Source: Candidatus Nomurabacteria bacterium RIFCSPHIGHO2_12_FULL_42_19
GTDB taxonomy: Bacteria; Patescibacteriota; Minisyncoccia; Phycocordibacterales; UBA9973
Length of the DNA: 60,303 nucleotides
Direction of reading: 5' to 3'
Assembly (NCBI GenBank): GCA_001786955.1
Contig: MFUM01000002.1
Span: forward strand, 3,923 to 64,225
Each line of letters begins with the position of its first letter. Position 1 is the stretch's first letter. A program made the position numbers and the translations under genes. The notes beneath the pieces are model-generated. The model was not told the DNA's origin. It searched no databases and was given only the letters and a program-made list of their open reading frames with translations. Shown here piece after piece: positions 15,250-26,365 of the stretch.

Positions 15250-15594
15250 ATGAATATAAAAATAATAAATAAAAAAATAACAGAGCCAGAACTTCATAAA
15301 ATTGCTGAAGATTTTTATGGCGAAATGGTAAAGGGAGTTGTAGATGTTGAGCGTGAAATTCTTGCTATGGGCGGAGAATATCATATGGATGCAAATGTTG
15401 TGCTTATTGAGAACGGCTCCAAACAGCAAGATATTTGGGGTTTTAATTGGTATTTTGATAAAAATGTAGATGAACGAATTGAATATGTCTCACTCATAAA
15501 TATTCGACCAAAACAAAACAATCGGACAATGGAAGTGCAGGATATATCTTTGCGTGATAGAATAAAATCAATAATATTAAAATATTTAGCATGA
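15250..15594 (+). CDS. Hypothetical protein (114 aa; DUF5674-like, from memory only)
   Basis: Clean ORF. TATAAT at 15238..15243 lies 6 nt upstream. 4-nt ATGA overlap with the next ORF. Confidence 0.5.
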   Translation: MNIKIINKKITEPELHKIAEDFYGEMVKGVVDVEREILAMGGEYHMDANVVLIENGSKQQDIWGFNWYFDKNVDERIEYVSLINIRPKQNNRTMEVQDISLRDRIKSIILKYLA

Positions 15595-15884
15595 ATACAT
15601 CTCGTACACCACTTTTTTATATGGCAAATTTAGGTAGCGAAGTTTCTCGCGCCCTTTTGGAATACCAAAAAGAAGATTTTAAAAAGATGCATAATTCAAT
15701 CATTAGAGCTAAAGATATAATAGTAAAAATTGAAGAATTTCCCGAGATGAAAGGCAGAACTGGCGAACTTGAGATATTGAAATCAATTATTGAAGATTTG
15801 AATCAGAAAAAATTTGAACTAAATAAAGATCAACTTCTTAGTTATTTTTCTCCGTTTGCTACTCGTTTAATGTCTTTGAAATAA
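15591..15884 (+). CDS. Hypothetical helical protein (97 aa)
   Basis: Translationally coupled (ATGA overlap) to the preceding ORF. Confidence 0.45.
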   Translation: MNTSRTPLFYMANLGSEVSRALLEYQKEDFKKMHNSIIRAKDIIVKIEEFPEMKGRTGELEILKSIIEDLNQKKFELNKDQLLSYFSPFATRLMSLK

Positions 15885-16020
15885 AACTAATAGGTGGTGG
15901 ATTGCTTTTCGTTTTTGATATGATATAATTTTCAGGTAGGGTCTCATTTAGCGAAAAAGAGTTTCTACGTTTTATTAAGTAGTTTTTTGTCTCTTTTAGG
16001 AAAAAGAGAAGAAGTAATAT

Positions 16021-16341
16021 ATGGCTACAAAGCTATATGTAGGGGGACTCCCTTACAGCACCCAAGAAGACGCTCTTAAAGAGCTCTTCGCGCAGGCCGG
16101 AAACGTTGTTTCCGCTGTGATTATTATGGACAAAATGTCCGGTCGTTCAAAAGGTTTTGGGTTCGTAGAAATGTCATCTCAGGATGAGGCTCAAAAGGCT
16201 ATCTCTATGTTCAATGACCAAGAATTTGAAGGACGTAAACTTACTGTCAACGAAGCTCGCCCAATGGAAGCTAGACCGCCAAGAAGCGGAGGCAATGACC
16301 GAGGCGGATACGGCAGCGGAGGCGGACGAAGAGAATATTAA
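16021..16341 (+). CDS. RRM-type RNA-binding protein with a Gly/Arg-rich tail
   Basis: RNP2 LYVGGL, RNP1 KGFGFVEM, tail RSGGNDRGGYGSGGGRR. Confidence 0.9.
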   Translation: MATKLYVGGLPYSTQEDALKELFAQAGNVVSAVIIMDKMSGRSKGFGFVEMSSQDEAQKAISMFNDQEFEGRKLTVNEARPMEARPPRSGGNDRGGYGSGGGRREY

Positions 16342-16365
16342 TTTAATCTTTGATAAGAGAATTAA

Positions 16366-16391
16366 CAAAAAACCACCTTAGGTGGTTTTTT
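16366..16391 (+). terminator. Terminator after the RRM gene
   Basis: AAAAAACCACCttaGGTGGTTTTTT. Confidence 0.75.
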
Positions 16392-16422
16392 GTTTGATTT
16401 GTGTTATATTTATTTAAGTTTT

Positions 16423-16494
16423 GAGCGTGTAGTTCAGTGGTAGAACGCTGTCCTGATAAGACAGAGGCCGATGGTTCGATCCCATCCACGCTCA
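16423..16494 (+). tRNA. tRNA-Ile (anticodon GAU)
   Basis: Cloverleaf GAGCGTG/CACGCTC acceptor, anticodon stem CTGTC/GACAG with loop CTGATAA, T-arm GATGG-TTCGATC-CCATC; no encoded CCA. Confidence 0.9.
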
Positions 16495-16495
16495 C

Positions 16496-16777
16496 GTGGA
16501 AGAAAATAAGCAAAATTTTAATAATGGCTTACCCCGCCAAGGCGGGGGTCCTTGGTGGAAACCGGCAGTCGAGCTGGTTAGCCAGGTTTCAACGTGGATT
16601 GTACTGCCCATTATATTGGCGCTCATTTTTGGCAAAATGCTTGATGCGCGTTTTGGAACAAAACCAATTATATTTCTTTCACTTGCCGGACTTGGGTTTT
16701 TAGTTACATGTTTTGGAATATTTCGAATTATAAAAGATTATATAAAAAAATTGCAAGATATAGAAAAAAAGAAATAA
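16496..16777 (+). CDS. atpZ: AtpZ/AtpI-like small membrane protein heading the atp operon
   Basis: Two TM helices, positioned directly upstream of atpB, GTG start. Contains the 16-nt hairpin CCCCGCCAAGGCGGGG (16532..16547). Confidence 0.5.
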   Translation: MEENKQNFNNGLPRQGGGPWWKPAVELVSQVSTWIVLPIILALIFGKMLDARFGTKPIIFLSLAGLGFLVTCFGIFRIIKDYIKKLQDIEKKK

Positions 16778-16780
16778 TTT

Positions 16781-17849
<1,069 letters not shown>

Positions 17850-17864
17850 GCAAAACTTACATAA

Positions 17865-17982
17865 CATAATTTTTAGGTACGGATTTTTTGGTCGCACCAA
17901 GAGGACTTACGCGACATGATTTAGCAAAATCAAAAATCCTGAAGCTCTCGCGCTGTCGCGCTTGAGACCCCTAAAAATTATG
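17865..17982. repeat. Structured inverted-repeat element filling the atpE-atpF spacer
   Basis: Outer arms CATAATTTTTAGG / CCTAAAAATTATG, inner GGATTTTT/AAAAATCC, GTCGC..GCGAC and CGCG..CGCG stems. Confidence 0.7.
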
Positions 17983-18003
17983 CTATGAAAGTTTTTCAGA
18001 GCA

Positions 18004-18468
18004 ATGGAATCAATTATTTCCACATTTCACATAGATTGGAAAATTATTATCGCTCAGGCGGTCAACTTCGGAGTTGTTTTCATAGTTTTATATATTTTTG
18101 CCCTAAAGCCGCTTTCCAAGTTGATGGCGGAACGAAGTGAAAAAATAGCGAAAGGAGTTGATGACGCCAAAACAAACGCAGCTCTTCTGGAAAAAACCCG
18201 CACGGAATATGAAGAAGCGCTTTCCAAAGCCCGCATTGAAGCGAACAAAATTTTTCAGGAAGGCAGAAAAGAAGCGGAAGATAAAAAAGCCTTAATGCTG
18301 GAAGATGCAAAAAAGGAAGTGGCGGGAGTCATAGAAAACGGCAAGAAAATCCTGGAAGCGGAGAAAGTAAAGATGGTAGGAGAGACCAAAAAAGAAATTG
18401 TAATCCTCGCAATGCAGGCAACTGAAAAATTGATTAGTAGCAAGCAAGATTTAAATAGTTTAAAATGA
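18004..18468 (+). CDS. atpF: F0F1 ATP synthase subunit b
   Basis: N-terminal TM helix plus a long charged helix; operon position. Confidence 0.9.
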   Translation: MESIISTFHIDWKIIIAQAVNFGVVFIVLYIFALKPLSKLMAERSEKIAKGVDDAKTNAALLEKTRTEYEEALSKARIEANKIFQEGRKEAEDKKALMLEDAKKEVAGVIENGKKILEAEKVKMVGETKKEIVILAMQATEKLISSKQDLNSLK

Positions 18469-18863
18469 CAGCAATTACCAATAATCAAATAGCCCAGGCA
18501 ATCAGTTTATTTTTACGGGAAGAAAAACCCGAAACAGTTAAAAGTATTATTAATTTTTTAGTTCGCAAAAGATTGATTTCACAATCGAAAGATATATTGG
18601 AAAAATTAGAAAAAATAATTAATTTTAATAAGAGAGTAGTGAAAGTAAAAGTATCAAGTTCAAAAAAAATAAACGAAGAATTAAAAAAAGATCTGGAACA
18701 TTTTCTTAAAAAACGCTATGAAGCCAGGGAAATTGTTTTTAACGAACATCTGGATGAAAAGTTGTTGGGTGGATTCAAAATAGAAATAAATGACGAAGTT
18801 ATTGATTTGACGATAAAGAATAAAATTAGAAAATTACAAGAGCATTTAATAAAGGGCGTATGA
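18465..18863 (+). CDS. atpH: F0F1 ATP synthase subunit delta (short form, 132 aa)
   Basis: Operon position between atpF and atpA; OSCP-like C-terminus [17 protein letters not shown]. Confidence 0.65.
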   Translation: MTAITNNQIAQAISLFLREEKPETVKSIINFLVRKRLISQSKDILEKLEKIINFNKRVVKVKVSSSKKINEELKKDLEHFLKKRYEAREIVFNEHLDEKLLGGFKIEINDEVIDLTIKNKIRKLQEHLIKGV

Positions 18864-20380
18864 CCACAAACCACATTATAGAAAATTTAAAAAGAGAGAT
18901 AGAAAATTTTTCCGCTCAGATAAAAATCGAGAAGATTGGTAGAGTATTGGAAGTTTTTGACGGTATCGCGAAAGTTTCCGGGCTTTCTGATATTAAATCT
19001 TCCGAAATGGTGATTTTCCCGGGCGGGGAGACAGGCGTTGCTCTCAATTTGGAAGAAGATGCGGTTGGCGTGATTATTCTCGGCGATTTTTCCAAAATTA
19101 AAGAAGGCGATGAAGTGAAAGCTACCGGGAAAATTCTTGAAGTCCCGGTTTCCAATAATATTTTGGGACGGGTAGTCAATGCTATCGGCGTTCCGATTGA
19201 CGGTAAAGGCGCCATTAAAGCGGAAAAAACTTATCCGATTGAAAAAGTCGCTCCGGGTGTTATTACCCGCCTATCTGTAGACAAACCGGTCTCAACGGGC
19301 ATTAAAGTTATTGATAGCATTATTCCTATCGGCCGCGGACAGCGTGAGCTTATTATTGGCGATCGCCAGACCGGCAAAACCGCGATTGTCATTGACACGA
19401 TTCTCAACCAGAAAGGCCAGGATATGATATGCGTCTATGTGTCAATTGGCCAAAAAGATTCCAAATTGCGAAAGCTTCAAGCTCGTCTCGAACAAGGCAA
19501 TAGCATGGATTATACGGTTATCGTATCGGCAGGCGCATCCGAAGCCGCTTCGCTTTCATATATTGCGCCCTATACCGGAGTATCTATTGCGGAATATTTT
19601 ATGGACCAGGGGAAAGACGTGCTGATTATTTATGACGATCTTTCCAAACACGCTGTCGCCTATCGTGAAATTTCACTTCTCTTGCGCCGTCCGCCGGGCC
19701 GCGAGGCATATCCGGGAGACGTGTTTTATCTGCATTCCCGCCTGCTGGAGCGCGCCTGCCGGAGAAATGAAAAATATGGCGGAGGTTCTATCACAGCCTT
19801 GCCTATCATAGAAACGCAAGCCGGCGATGTGTCCGCATACATTCCGACGAATGTTATTTCCATTACCGACGGGCAAATTTTCCTGGAAACCGATCTTTTT
19901 TATAAAGGCATCCGTCCCGCGGTCAATGTTGGCCTTTCTGTTTCCCGCGTCGGTTCCAGCGCGCAAATCAAAGCGATGAAGAAAGTGGCCGGAACGCTGA
20001 AGCTTGACCTGGCGCAGTTCCGCGAATTGGAAGCCTTTGCCCAGTTCGGTTCCGACCTTGACGAGACGACCAAGCGCCAGCTGGAACGCGGCAAAAGAGC
20101 GGTGGAAGTGCTGAAACAGCTTCAATACGCGCCGGTCAAAATTGAACACCAAGTCGTCACTCTCTATGCCCTGACGAAAGGCTTTATGGATGATGTGGCA
20201 ATTGAAAAAATAAAAGAATTTGAACAAGATCTTATGGAATACAGCGAAGCTAGTGCCAAAACTTTCTACAAGGAAATTAAAGAAAATAAAATGTGGACCG
20301 ACAAAGGCGAGGAAGAATTGAAGAAAGTGATAGGAGATTTTAAAAAATCTTATGTCAAACAGCAAAGCGATAAAAAATAG
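18860..20380 (+). CDS. atpA: F0F1 ATP synthase subunit alpha
   Basis: GDRQTGKT Walker [29 protein letters not shown]. Confidence 0.97.
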   Translation: MTTNHIIENLKREIENFSAQIKIEKIGRVLEVFDGIAKVSGLSDIKSSEMVIFPGGETGVALNLEEDAVGVIILGDFSKIKEGDEVKATGKILEVPVSNNILGRVVNAIGVPIDGKGAIKAEKTYPIEKVAPGVITRLSVDKPVSTGIKVIDSIIPIGRGQRELIIGDRQTGKTAIVIDTILNQKGQDMICVYVSIGQKDSKLRKLQARLEQGNSMDYTVIVSAGASEAASLSYIAPYTGVSIAEYFMDQGKDVLIIYDDLSKHAVAYREISLLLRRPPGREAYPGDVFYLHSRLLERACRRNEKYGGGSITALPIIETQAGDVSAYIPTNVISITDGQIFLETDLFYKGIRPAVNVGLSVSRVGSSAQIKAMKKVAGTLKLDLAQFRELEAFAQFGSDLDETTKRQLERGKRAVEVLKQLQYAPVKIEHQVVTLYALTKGFMDDVAIEKIKEFEQDLMEYSEASAKTFYKEIKENKMWTDKGEEELKKVIGDFKKSYVKQQSDKK

Positions 20381-21275
20381 AATAAAATCGGTAAAAAATA
20401 CGAAGAAAATCACCAAAGCGATGGAGCTTGTTTCCGCTTCCAAAATGAAGCGCGCGGTGGCATCAACTTTGGCTTCGCGTTTATATGCCGAGTATTCCTG
20501 GGAGATTCTCACATCTATTGCTAAAAATACAGAAGACATAAAACATCCGCTTTTTAATGAACGAGAAAAAAAGGATAATAAAAAAAATATTTTATTTATA
20601 CTGATTACATCCAATCGCGGACTTTGTGGCGCTTATAATGCTCAAATTATTAAAAAGGCTATTTTATTGCTAAAGCTCGATGAAGAAAATATTAATATAG
20701 ATTTTATGGCTATAGGCAAAAAGGGAGATACGGCAATGCGCCGCGTAGGCAAAAATATTATTGCCAGCTTCACTGATTTGCCGGACAATATATCCATCTC
20801 TAACATTCTTCCCATATCAAAATTAGCCATAGACGAATACAGTGCTTTTCATTACGACAAAGTTTTGGTTGCTTATACGGATTTTATTTCTGCCCTTACC
20901 CAAAAGCCAAATATAAAACAAATTCTGCCTATTTCTAAATCCAGCTTGAAAGAATTTTTAAACGATGTAGCCGGAGGTAGAAAGGAAACAGAAGACAAAA
21001 CTAATATTGAACAGAAAACAGATTATTTATTTGAAGGAAATCAAGATGAGTTGATTGGTTCTCTGGCTGAAAAAATTACCAGAATGCAAATTTATCAGAT
21101 GCTTCTTGAGTCCAATGCTTCGGAACAATCTTCCCGCATGGTGGCAATGAAAAATGCCAGCGAGGCTTCGGGAGAGATGATTGACGATTTGACTTTGGTA
21201 TTTAACAAAGCGAGACAGGCGAATATTACCAGAGAAATATCGGAAATTAGTGCGGGGATGGCGAGTGTTAGCTGA
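20352..21275 (+). CDS. atpG: F0F1 ATP synthase subunit gamma
   Basis: [26 protein letters not shown] ... ITREISEI. Confidence 0.93.
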   Translation: MSNSKAIKNRIKSVKNTKKITKAMELVSASKMKRAVASTLASRLYAEYSWEILTSIAKNTEDIKHPLFNEREKKDNKKNILFILITSNRGLCGAYNAQIIKKAILLLKLDEENINIDFMAIGKKGDTAMRRVGKNIIASFTDLPDNISISNILPISKLAIDEYSAFHYDKVLVAYTDFISALTQKPNIKQILPISKSSLKEFLNDVAGGRKETEDKTNIEQKTDYLFEGNQDELIGSLAEKITRMQIYQMLLESNASEQSSRMVAMKNASEASGEMIDDLTLVFNKARQANITREISEISAGMASVS

Positions 21276-21281
21276 GTTAGC

Positions 21282-21328
21282 CCCGACGTAAAGTCGGGGA
21301 GCCGACTGGAACGTCGGCTTTAAAAGTT
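21282..21328. repeat. Repeat family A copy 2 (atpG-atpD spacer)
   Basis: CCCGACgtaaaGTCGGG-ga-GCCGACtggaacGTCGGC-tTTAAAAGT. Confidence 0.85.
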
Positions 21329-21360
21329 ATAAACTTTATAAAGTTAAAAGTAATTATTAA

Positions 21361-22725
<1,365 letters not shown>

Positions 22726-22791
22726 ACCTCACCCCGTCTGCTTAATGCATCCACCCCTCTCCTTGGCAAGGAGAGGGGCAAGGGGTGAGGT
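22726..22791. repeat. Repeat family B copy 1 (atpD-atpC spacer)
   Basis: ACCTCACCCC...CCCCTCTCCTTGGCAAGGAGAGGGG...GGGGTGAGGT nested palindrome. Confidence 0.85.
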
Positions 22792-22799
22792 AATCACAC

Positions 22800-23249
22800 A
22801 TGACAAATAAACAATTAAAACTGAAAATAGTCACACCAGAGCGCTTAGTGCTAGAAGAAATGGTTGACCAGGTCAGCTTACCGACCATTTTAGGCGAAAT
22901 TACGATTTTGCCGGACCATATTCCTTTAATTACAGGACTGGCGTCCGGAGATGTTGTTGCCTATGCAAATGGCGAACATGTCCCGATGGCTGTAGTGGGC
23001 GGATTTGTGGAAATTAAAAAAGGCGAAGCCGGGCATACAGAAGTCGCTGTCTTAGCCGACTTTGCCGAGCATCTCGCGGAAATTTCGGACGAGAAAATTG
23101 AGGAGGCCAAAGCCCGTGCCGAAGAATTGAAAAAGTTAATGGAAAACAAAGAACATGTTGACTTTGAGCACTTTGAAGCCGAACTAGAACGCTCATTAAC
23201 TAGAGTTAGGATAGCAGATAAGTGGAGATTAAAAAAATACAGAAAATGA
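22800..23249 (+). CDS. atpC: F0F1 ATP synthase subunit epsilon
   Basis: LKLKIVTPE...; beta-sandwich plus C-terminal helices; operon position. Confidence 0.9.
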   Translation: MTNKQLKLKIVTPERLVLEEMVDQVSLPTILGEITILPDHIPLITGLASGDVVAYANGEHVPMAVVGGFVEIKKGEAGHTEVAVLADFAEHLAEISDEKIEEAKARAEELKKLMENKEHVDFEHFEAELERSLTRVRIADKWRLKKYRK

Positions 23250-23324
23250 AAAATTGCCGACTCGCCTCGCTGAAGTTATGGCGAAGCGGGCAAATGGAGG
23301 ACGAGAAAGTATAGAAAATAAAAA

Positions 23325-24047
23325 ATGTCTAAATTTTATGTTGTTGCGACTCCGATAGGGAACTTGGGGGACATTACGCTCCGGGCTATTGAGACGCTCA
23401 AAAGCGTTGATTTGATATTATGTGAGGATACGCGGGTCACGAAAAAACTTTTAGATAAATACGATATACATAAACCGACGATGAGTTATCCATCCGACGA
23501 TATCGTCGGAAAAAACTACAGACAGAGCAAGCTTGCCCAGAGCCCCAAGCTCAATAAAATTTTTGAATTATTGGAAGAAGGAAAAGATTTGGCCTTGGTG
23601 TCGGACGCAGGCACGCCGGGAATCTCCGACCCGGGAGCAATGCTTGTTTCTCAAATAAAAACTCATTTCAGCCATGACGTAAATGGGGAAGTTAAAGTTA
23701 TTCCGATTCCGGGAGCTTCGGCGGTTATTACCGCGTTGTCTGCGTCAGGATTACCTATTCACGAGTTTACATTTTTAGGTTTTCTGCCGCACAAAAAAGG
23801 CAGGGAAACGTTATTTAAAGAAATTACGCAGGCTAAAAGGACGATGATATTTTACGAGTCTCCGCACAGGATTTTAAAAACCTTGGAATCGCTCCAGAAA
23901 TTTTGCCCTGATAAGAAAGTCTGCATTGCGCGCGAACTGACGAAAATTTATGAAGAATTTAAAATTGGAACTCCGGCAGAAATTTTGGAATATTTTAATA
24001 AAAATAAAGATAAACAAAGAGGAGAGTTTACGGTAATAGTTGCCTAA
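23325..24047 (+). CDS. rsmI: 16S rRNA (cytidine1402-2'-O)-methyltransferase
   Basis: YVVATPIGNLGDITLRA, LVSDAGTPGISDPG, FLGFLP, YESPHR. Confidence 0.92.
   Translation: MSKFYVVATPIGNLGDITLRAIETLKSVDLILCEDTRVTKKLLDKYDIHKPTMSYPSDDIVGKNYRQSKLAQSPKLNKIFELLEEGKDLALVSDAGTPGISDPGAMLVSQIKTHFSHDVNGEVKVIPIPGASAVITALSASGLPIHEFTFLGFLPHKKGRETLFKEITQAKRTMIFYESPHRILKTLESLQKFCPDKKVCIARELTKIYEEFKIGTPAEILEYFNKNKDKQRGEFTVIVA
23493..23510. repeat. 18-nt perfect palindrome inside rsmI
   Basis: TCCGACGATATCGTCGGA (encodes SDDIVG). A second palindrome GCAAGCTTGC lies at 23526..23535. Confidence 0.7.
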
Positions 24048-24086
24048 AAAAGTGCAGGGCGGTCTCGTGGTTAGCGAGCCGCCCTG
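24046..24086 (-). terminator. Terminator of the GC-rich HicB-like ORF, abutting the rsmI stop
   Basis: On the minus strand: CAGGGCGG, 16 nt, CCGCCCTG, then CACTTTTTT. Confidence 0.7.
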
Positions 24087-24109
24087 TGTGTGATGCAGGA
24101 CACGATACC

Positions 24110-24337
24110 CTACTTGTCGTTGTGGTGGTCTCGTTCCATACGGAGACCACCAAAGCTGTTTGGGATTTTGACCTCTTCGAGTCCCCAGTCGAGGACCCGA
24201 CAGGCCAGCTTTCCCATCGCCTGTGCTTGCTGGACGGCTTCAGCATCAGTTCTTGCCGTCGGCAAGAGTGTTGGTAGCCTTTCGGTTGCCGCCAACTCTC
24301 TGCCTGTCTCCAAACAGAATGCTACGTATGTAGCCAT
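24110..24337 (-). CDS. GC-rich small protein, HicB/DUF1902-like antitoxin fold (tentative)
   Basis: GGGAGG at 24345..24350, 7 nt before the ATG. MATYVAFCLETG...LPTLLPTARTDAEAVQQAQAM fits the beta-strand plus LP..A.T.EEA pattern of HicB N-domains. No HicA partner seen. Confidence 0.5.
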   Translation of the reverse strand: MATYVAFCLETGRELAATERLPTLLPTARTDAEAVQQAQAMGKLACRVLDWGLEEVKIPNSFGGLRMERDHHNDK

Positions 24338-24382
24338 TTAGGAACCTCCCTTCACTTGGTAATATAAACTATCCTAAAAATT

Positions 24383-26329
24383 TTACAATAGGTCCTCCGG
24401 GTCAACGAATACGTCAAAGTTGGGCGGAAGAGCGGCGAGTTTCTGGAGCAGGTTTTCATCTATGGACGAGCCGGCGGAAATTTCCGGCAAGGACCACTTT
24501 TTCGGGTCTATCTTTATCAGCGCATTGGTGGCATATTTGCCTTTGAGCCGCGCGATAAATCCGCTGAAAATTTCAGGATTGTATTCTTTAAAAATTTCTT
24601 CCAATACTTTTTTTGCTTTTATTGTTTGTTCTTTATCGCCTAAATGCGTAATTTTTATGAAACGCTTGAATGGCGGATAATCTAGATTTCTTCTGTCTTC
24701 TAATTCTTCCCGCACGAAAGACAATAAATTTTCCATTTTAATTGCCATAATTGCCGGGTCATTTTCTTTCTTAGTTTGAATAATAAGTTTTTCGGTTGTG
24801 CTGCCAATTACCGAAAGCATGATTTGAATGATTTTTTCACTCATTTTAAAATTCGGTATGTTCCAAAGCGAATCAAAAGAAGCGATAATTGATAACGAAA
24901 CTTTGTTTTTTAAATAGAAAAATGCCATTTCGGTGCCTATCAATATCGATCCGGGATTTTCTTCAAACTCCCTGATTATTTTTTCTGCGCCCTTGGCTGT
25001 TTTCGCAGAATCTTTATCTAATTTAAAAACCTCAACTTTTGTAAAATTTTCTTTAATAGATTCATATACAGTATCGGTGCCTATACCAAGAGGCACCAGA
25101 TTCCAGCTTCCGCAAGCGGCGCAGACGATTTCTCCATTCAAATCTGTTTCGCACCGGTTGCAGACAAATATCCTTTTTTTGCCCTGATGAGACGAATAAA
25201 GAACCAAAGGCGACCCGCATTTTTCACAGTCCACTATCTCGCCGCAGTCTTTGCATATAGTCATCGTCGCCAATCCTTTCCTCAATGAGAAAATAAAAAC
25301 ATTTTTCTTTTTGGTTGTCGTATTTTTAATTTCTTCCAGGCTTTTATCTTCCAAGATTTTAAATTTTTTCTCTTTATTTAAAATTTCTATTTCTCCGTCA
25401 AAATTAATTCTAAAAGAAAGCGGATGCATTGGATTTAATCCGTCCGTTTCTTGTCTCGCAATACTCTCATAACGAAGTAATGAATCGCCCAAGATGAATT
25501 TCGCATTGATTTTTGCCGCAAAAAGCTCTATAAAAAATCTCAAATCAAAATGAGGTTTTGCAATCATTTTATAAGCATTAGAACTTTCATGTTCCGCTAT
25601 GACGGTTCCGATATCATATCGTGGAATAGATAAAAATGGCGCAGTTCCGAGTATCAGCACCGGGTGAGCGAGAGTTATTATTTGCTCGATTTTTTTAATA
25701 ATTTTTTTTGAACTTGATCCCCCGTATATGGCAAAAGCGAATTTCTCGATTCCTTTAGAAAGAGATTCTTCAAAAATTCTTATATCGTATTCGGTTGGCA
25801 ATACTATGAAAACGGATTTTTTCAGGGCAAAAGATCCGCGAATTAAAGTTTTATAAGCCGAGATGCGGTCTTCAAGCGGCGCCTGGAAAATCAGCTTCTC
25901 GGGCTTTACCTCACCCCCGACCCCTCTCCTTGCCAAGGAGAGGGGTGCTGAAAGCGGGGTGAGGTTTGTATTCTTGAATTTAGCTATTTTGTCATAATTT
26001 TCCCGCAAGACAGTCGGAATTAAAGAAGTAATTCCGTCATTTTTGCCCGAAATAAAATATTTACTGGTTTCAATCGCCGAATCAAGATATTTTTTCAAAA
26101 AAATCGAACGTTCTTTTACTTCGCTTATTTTTTTCAAATTGAAAGACAAACCCTTTATGTTTGATTTTGCGAGAGCGACATCTTCCGAAGAGACAACTAA
26201 TCCTAAAATTTTTTTATTGCGCAAAGGGATAACCACGATACTTCCATTTGGAATATCCTGCGCGGTGAAATAAGTCAAGTCTTCTTTCCAAGCTCCCTTT
26301 TTAAGCGGGATTACCGTCACGATCTTCAT
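24383..26329 (-). CDS. priA: Primosomal protein N' (PriA helicase), carrying an in-frame repeat insert
   Basis: Cys-rich Zn insertion CKDCGEIVDCEKCGSPLV...CNRC...CAACGS; helicase lobes; C-terminal YPPF. Confidence 0.9.
   Translation of the reverse strand: MKIVTVIPLKKGAWKEDLTYFTAQDIPNGSIVVIPLRNKKILGLVVSSEDVALAKSNIKGLSFNLKKISEVKERSIFLKKYLDSAIETSKYFISGKNDGITSLIPTVLRENYDKIAKFKNTNLTPLSAPLSLARRGVGGEVKPEKLIFQAPLEDRISAYKTLIRGSFALKKSVFIVLPTEYDIRIFEESLSKGIEKFAFAIYGGSSSKKIIKKIEQIITLAHPVLILGTAPFLSIPRYDIGTVIAEHESSNAYKMIAKPHFDLRFFIELFAAKINAKFILGDSLLRYESIARQETDGLNPMHPLSFRINFDGEIEILNKEKKFKILEDKSLEEIKNTTTKKKNVFIFSLRKGLATMTICKDCGEIVDCEKCGSPLVLYSSHQGKKRIFVCNRCETDLNGEIVCAACGSWNLVPLGIGTDTVYESIKENFTKVEVFKLDKDSAKTAKGAEKIIREFEENPGSILIGTEMAFFYLKNKVSLSIIASFDSLWNIPNFKMSEKIIQIMLSVIGSTTEKLIIQTKKENDPAIMAIKMENLLSFVREELEDRRNLDYPPFKRFIKITHLGDKEQTIKAKKVLEEIFKEYNPEIFSGFIARLKGKYATNALIKIDPKKWSLPEISAGSSIDENLLQKLAALPPNFDVFVDPEDLL
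25908..25965. repeat. Repeat family B copy 2 (inside priA)
   Basis: ACCTCACCCCcgaCCCCTCTCCTTGCCAAGGAGAGGGGtgctgaaagcGGGGTGAGGT, translated as TPLSAPLSLARRGVGGEV. Confidence 0.85.
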
Positions 26330-26335
26330 ACTTCT

Positions 26336-26344
26336 ATTTTAACA
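26336..26344 (-). promoter_or_regulatory. Extended -10 (TGtTAAAAT) 6 nt upstream of the priA ATG
   Basis: Reverse complement reads TGTTAAAAT, then agaagt, then the ATG at 26329. Confidence 0.55.
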
Positions 26345-26350
26345 CAGATG

Positions 26351-26359
26351 TGTTATATT
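26351..26359 (+). promoter_or_regulatory. Extended -10 (TGtTATATT) 6 nt upstream of the mreB ATG
   Basis: TGTTATATT, then actttt, then ATG 26366. Confidence 0.55.
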
Positions 26360-26365
26360 ACTTTT

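Noticed and set aside
19673-20614. 313-aa minus-strand ORF antisense to atpA/atpG, plus similar long antisense ORFs (16831..17418, 26648..27202, 28442..29086, 31215..31787, 42847..43485)
   Set aside because: Each lies entirely antisense to a strongly conserved gene. They have low-complexity composition and no recognisable motifs, so they are frame shadows in AT-rich DNA.
24047-24382. Search for a HicA-type toxin partner of the HicB-like ORF (ORFs 24028..24246 minus, 24086..24277 plus, 24090..24341 plus)
   Set aside because: These overlapping frames have no start context and no HicA-like dsRBD motif, so the HicB-like gene appears solitary.
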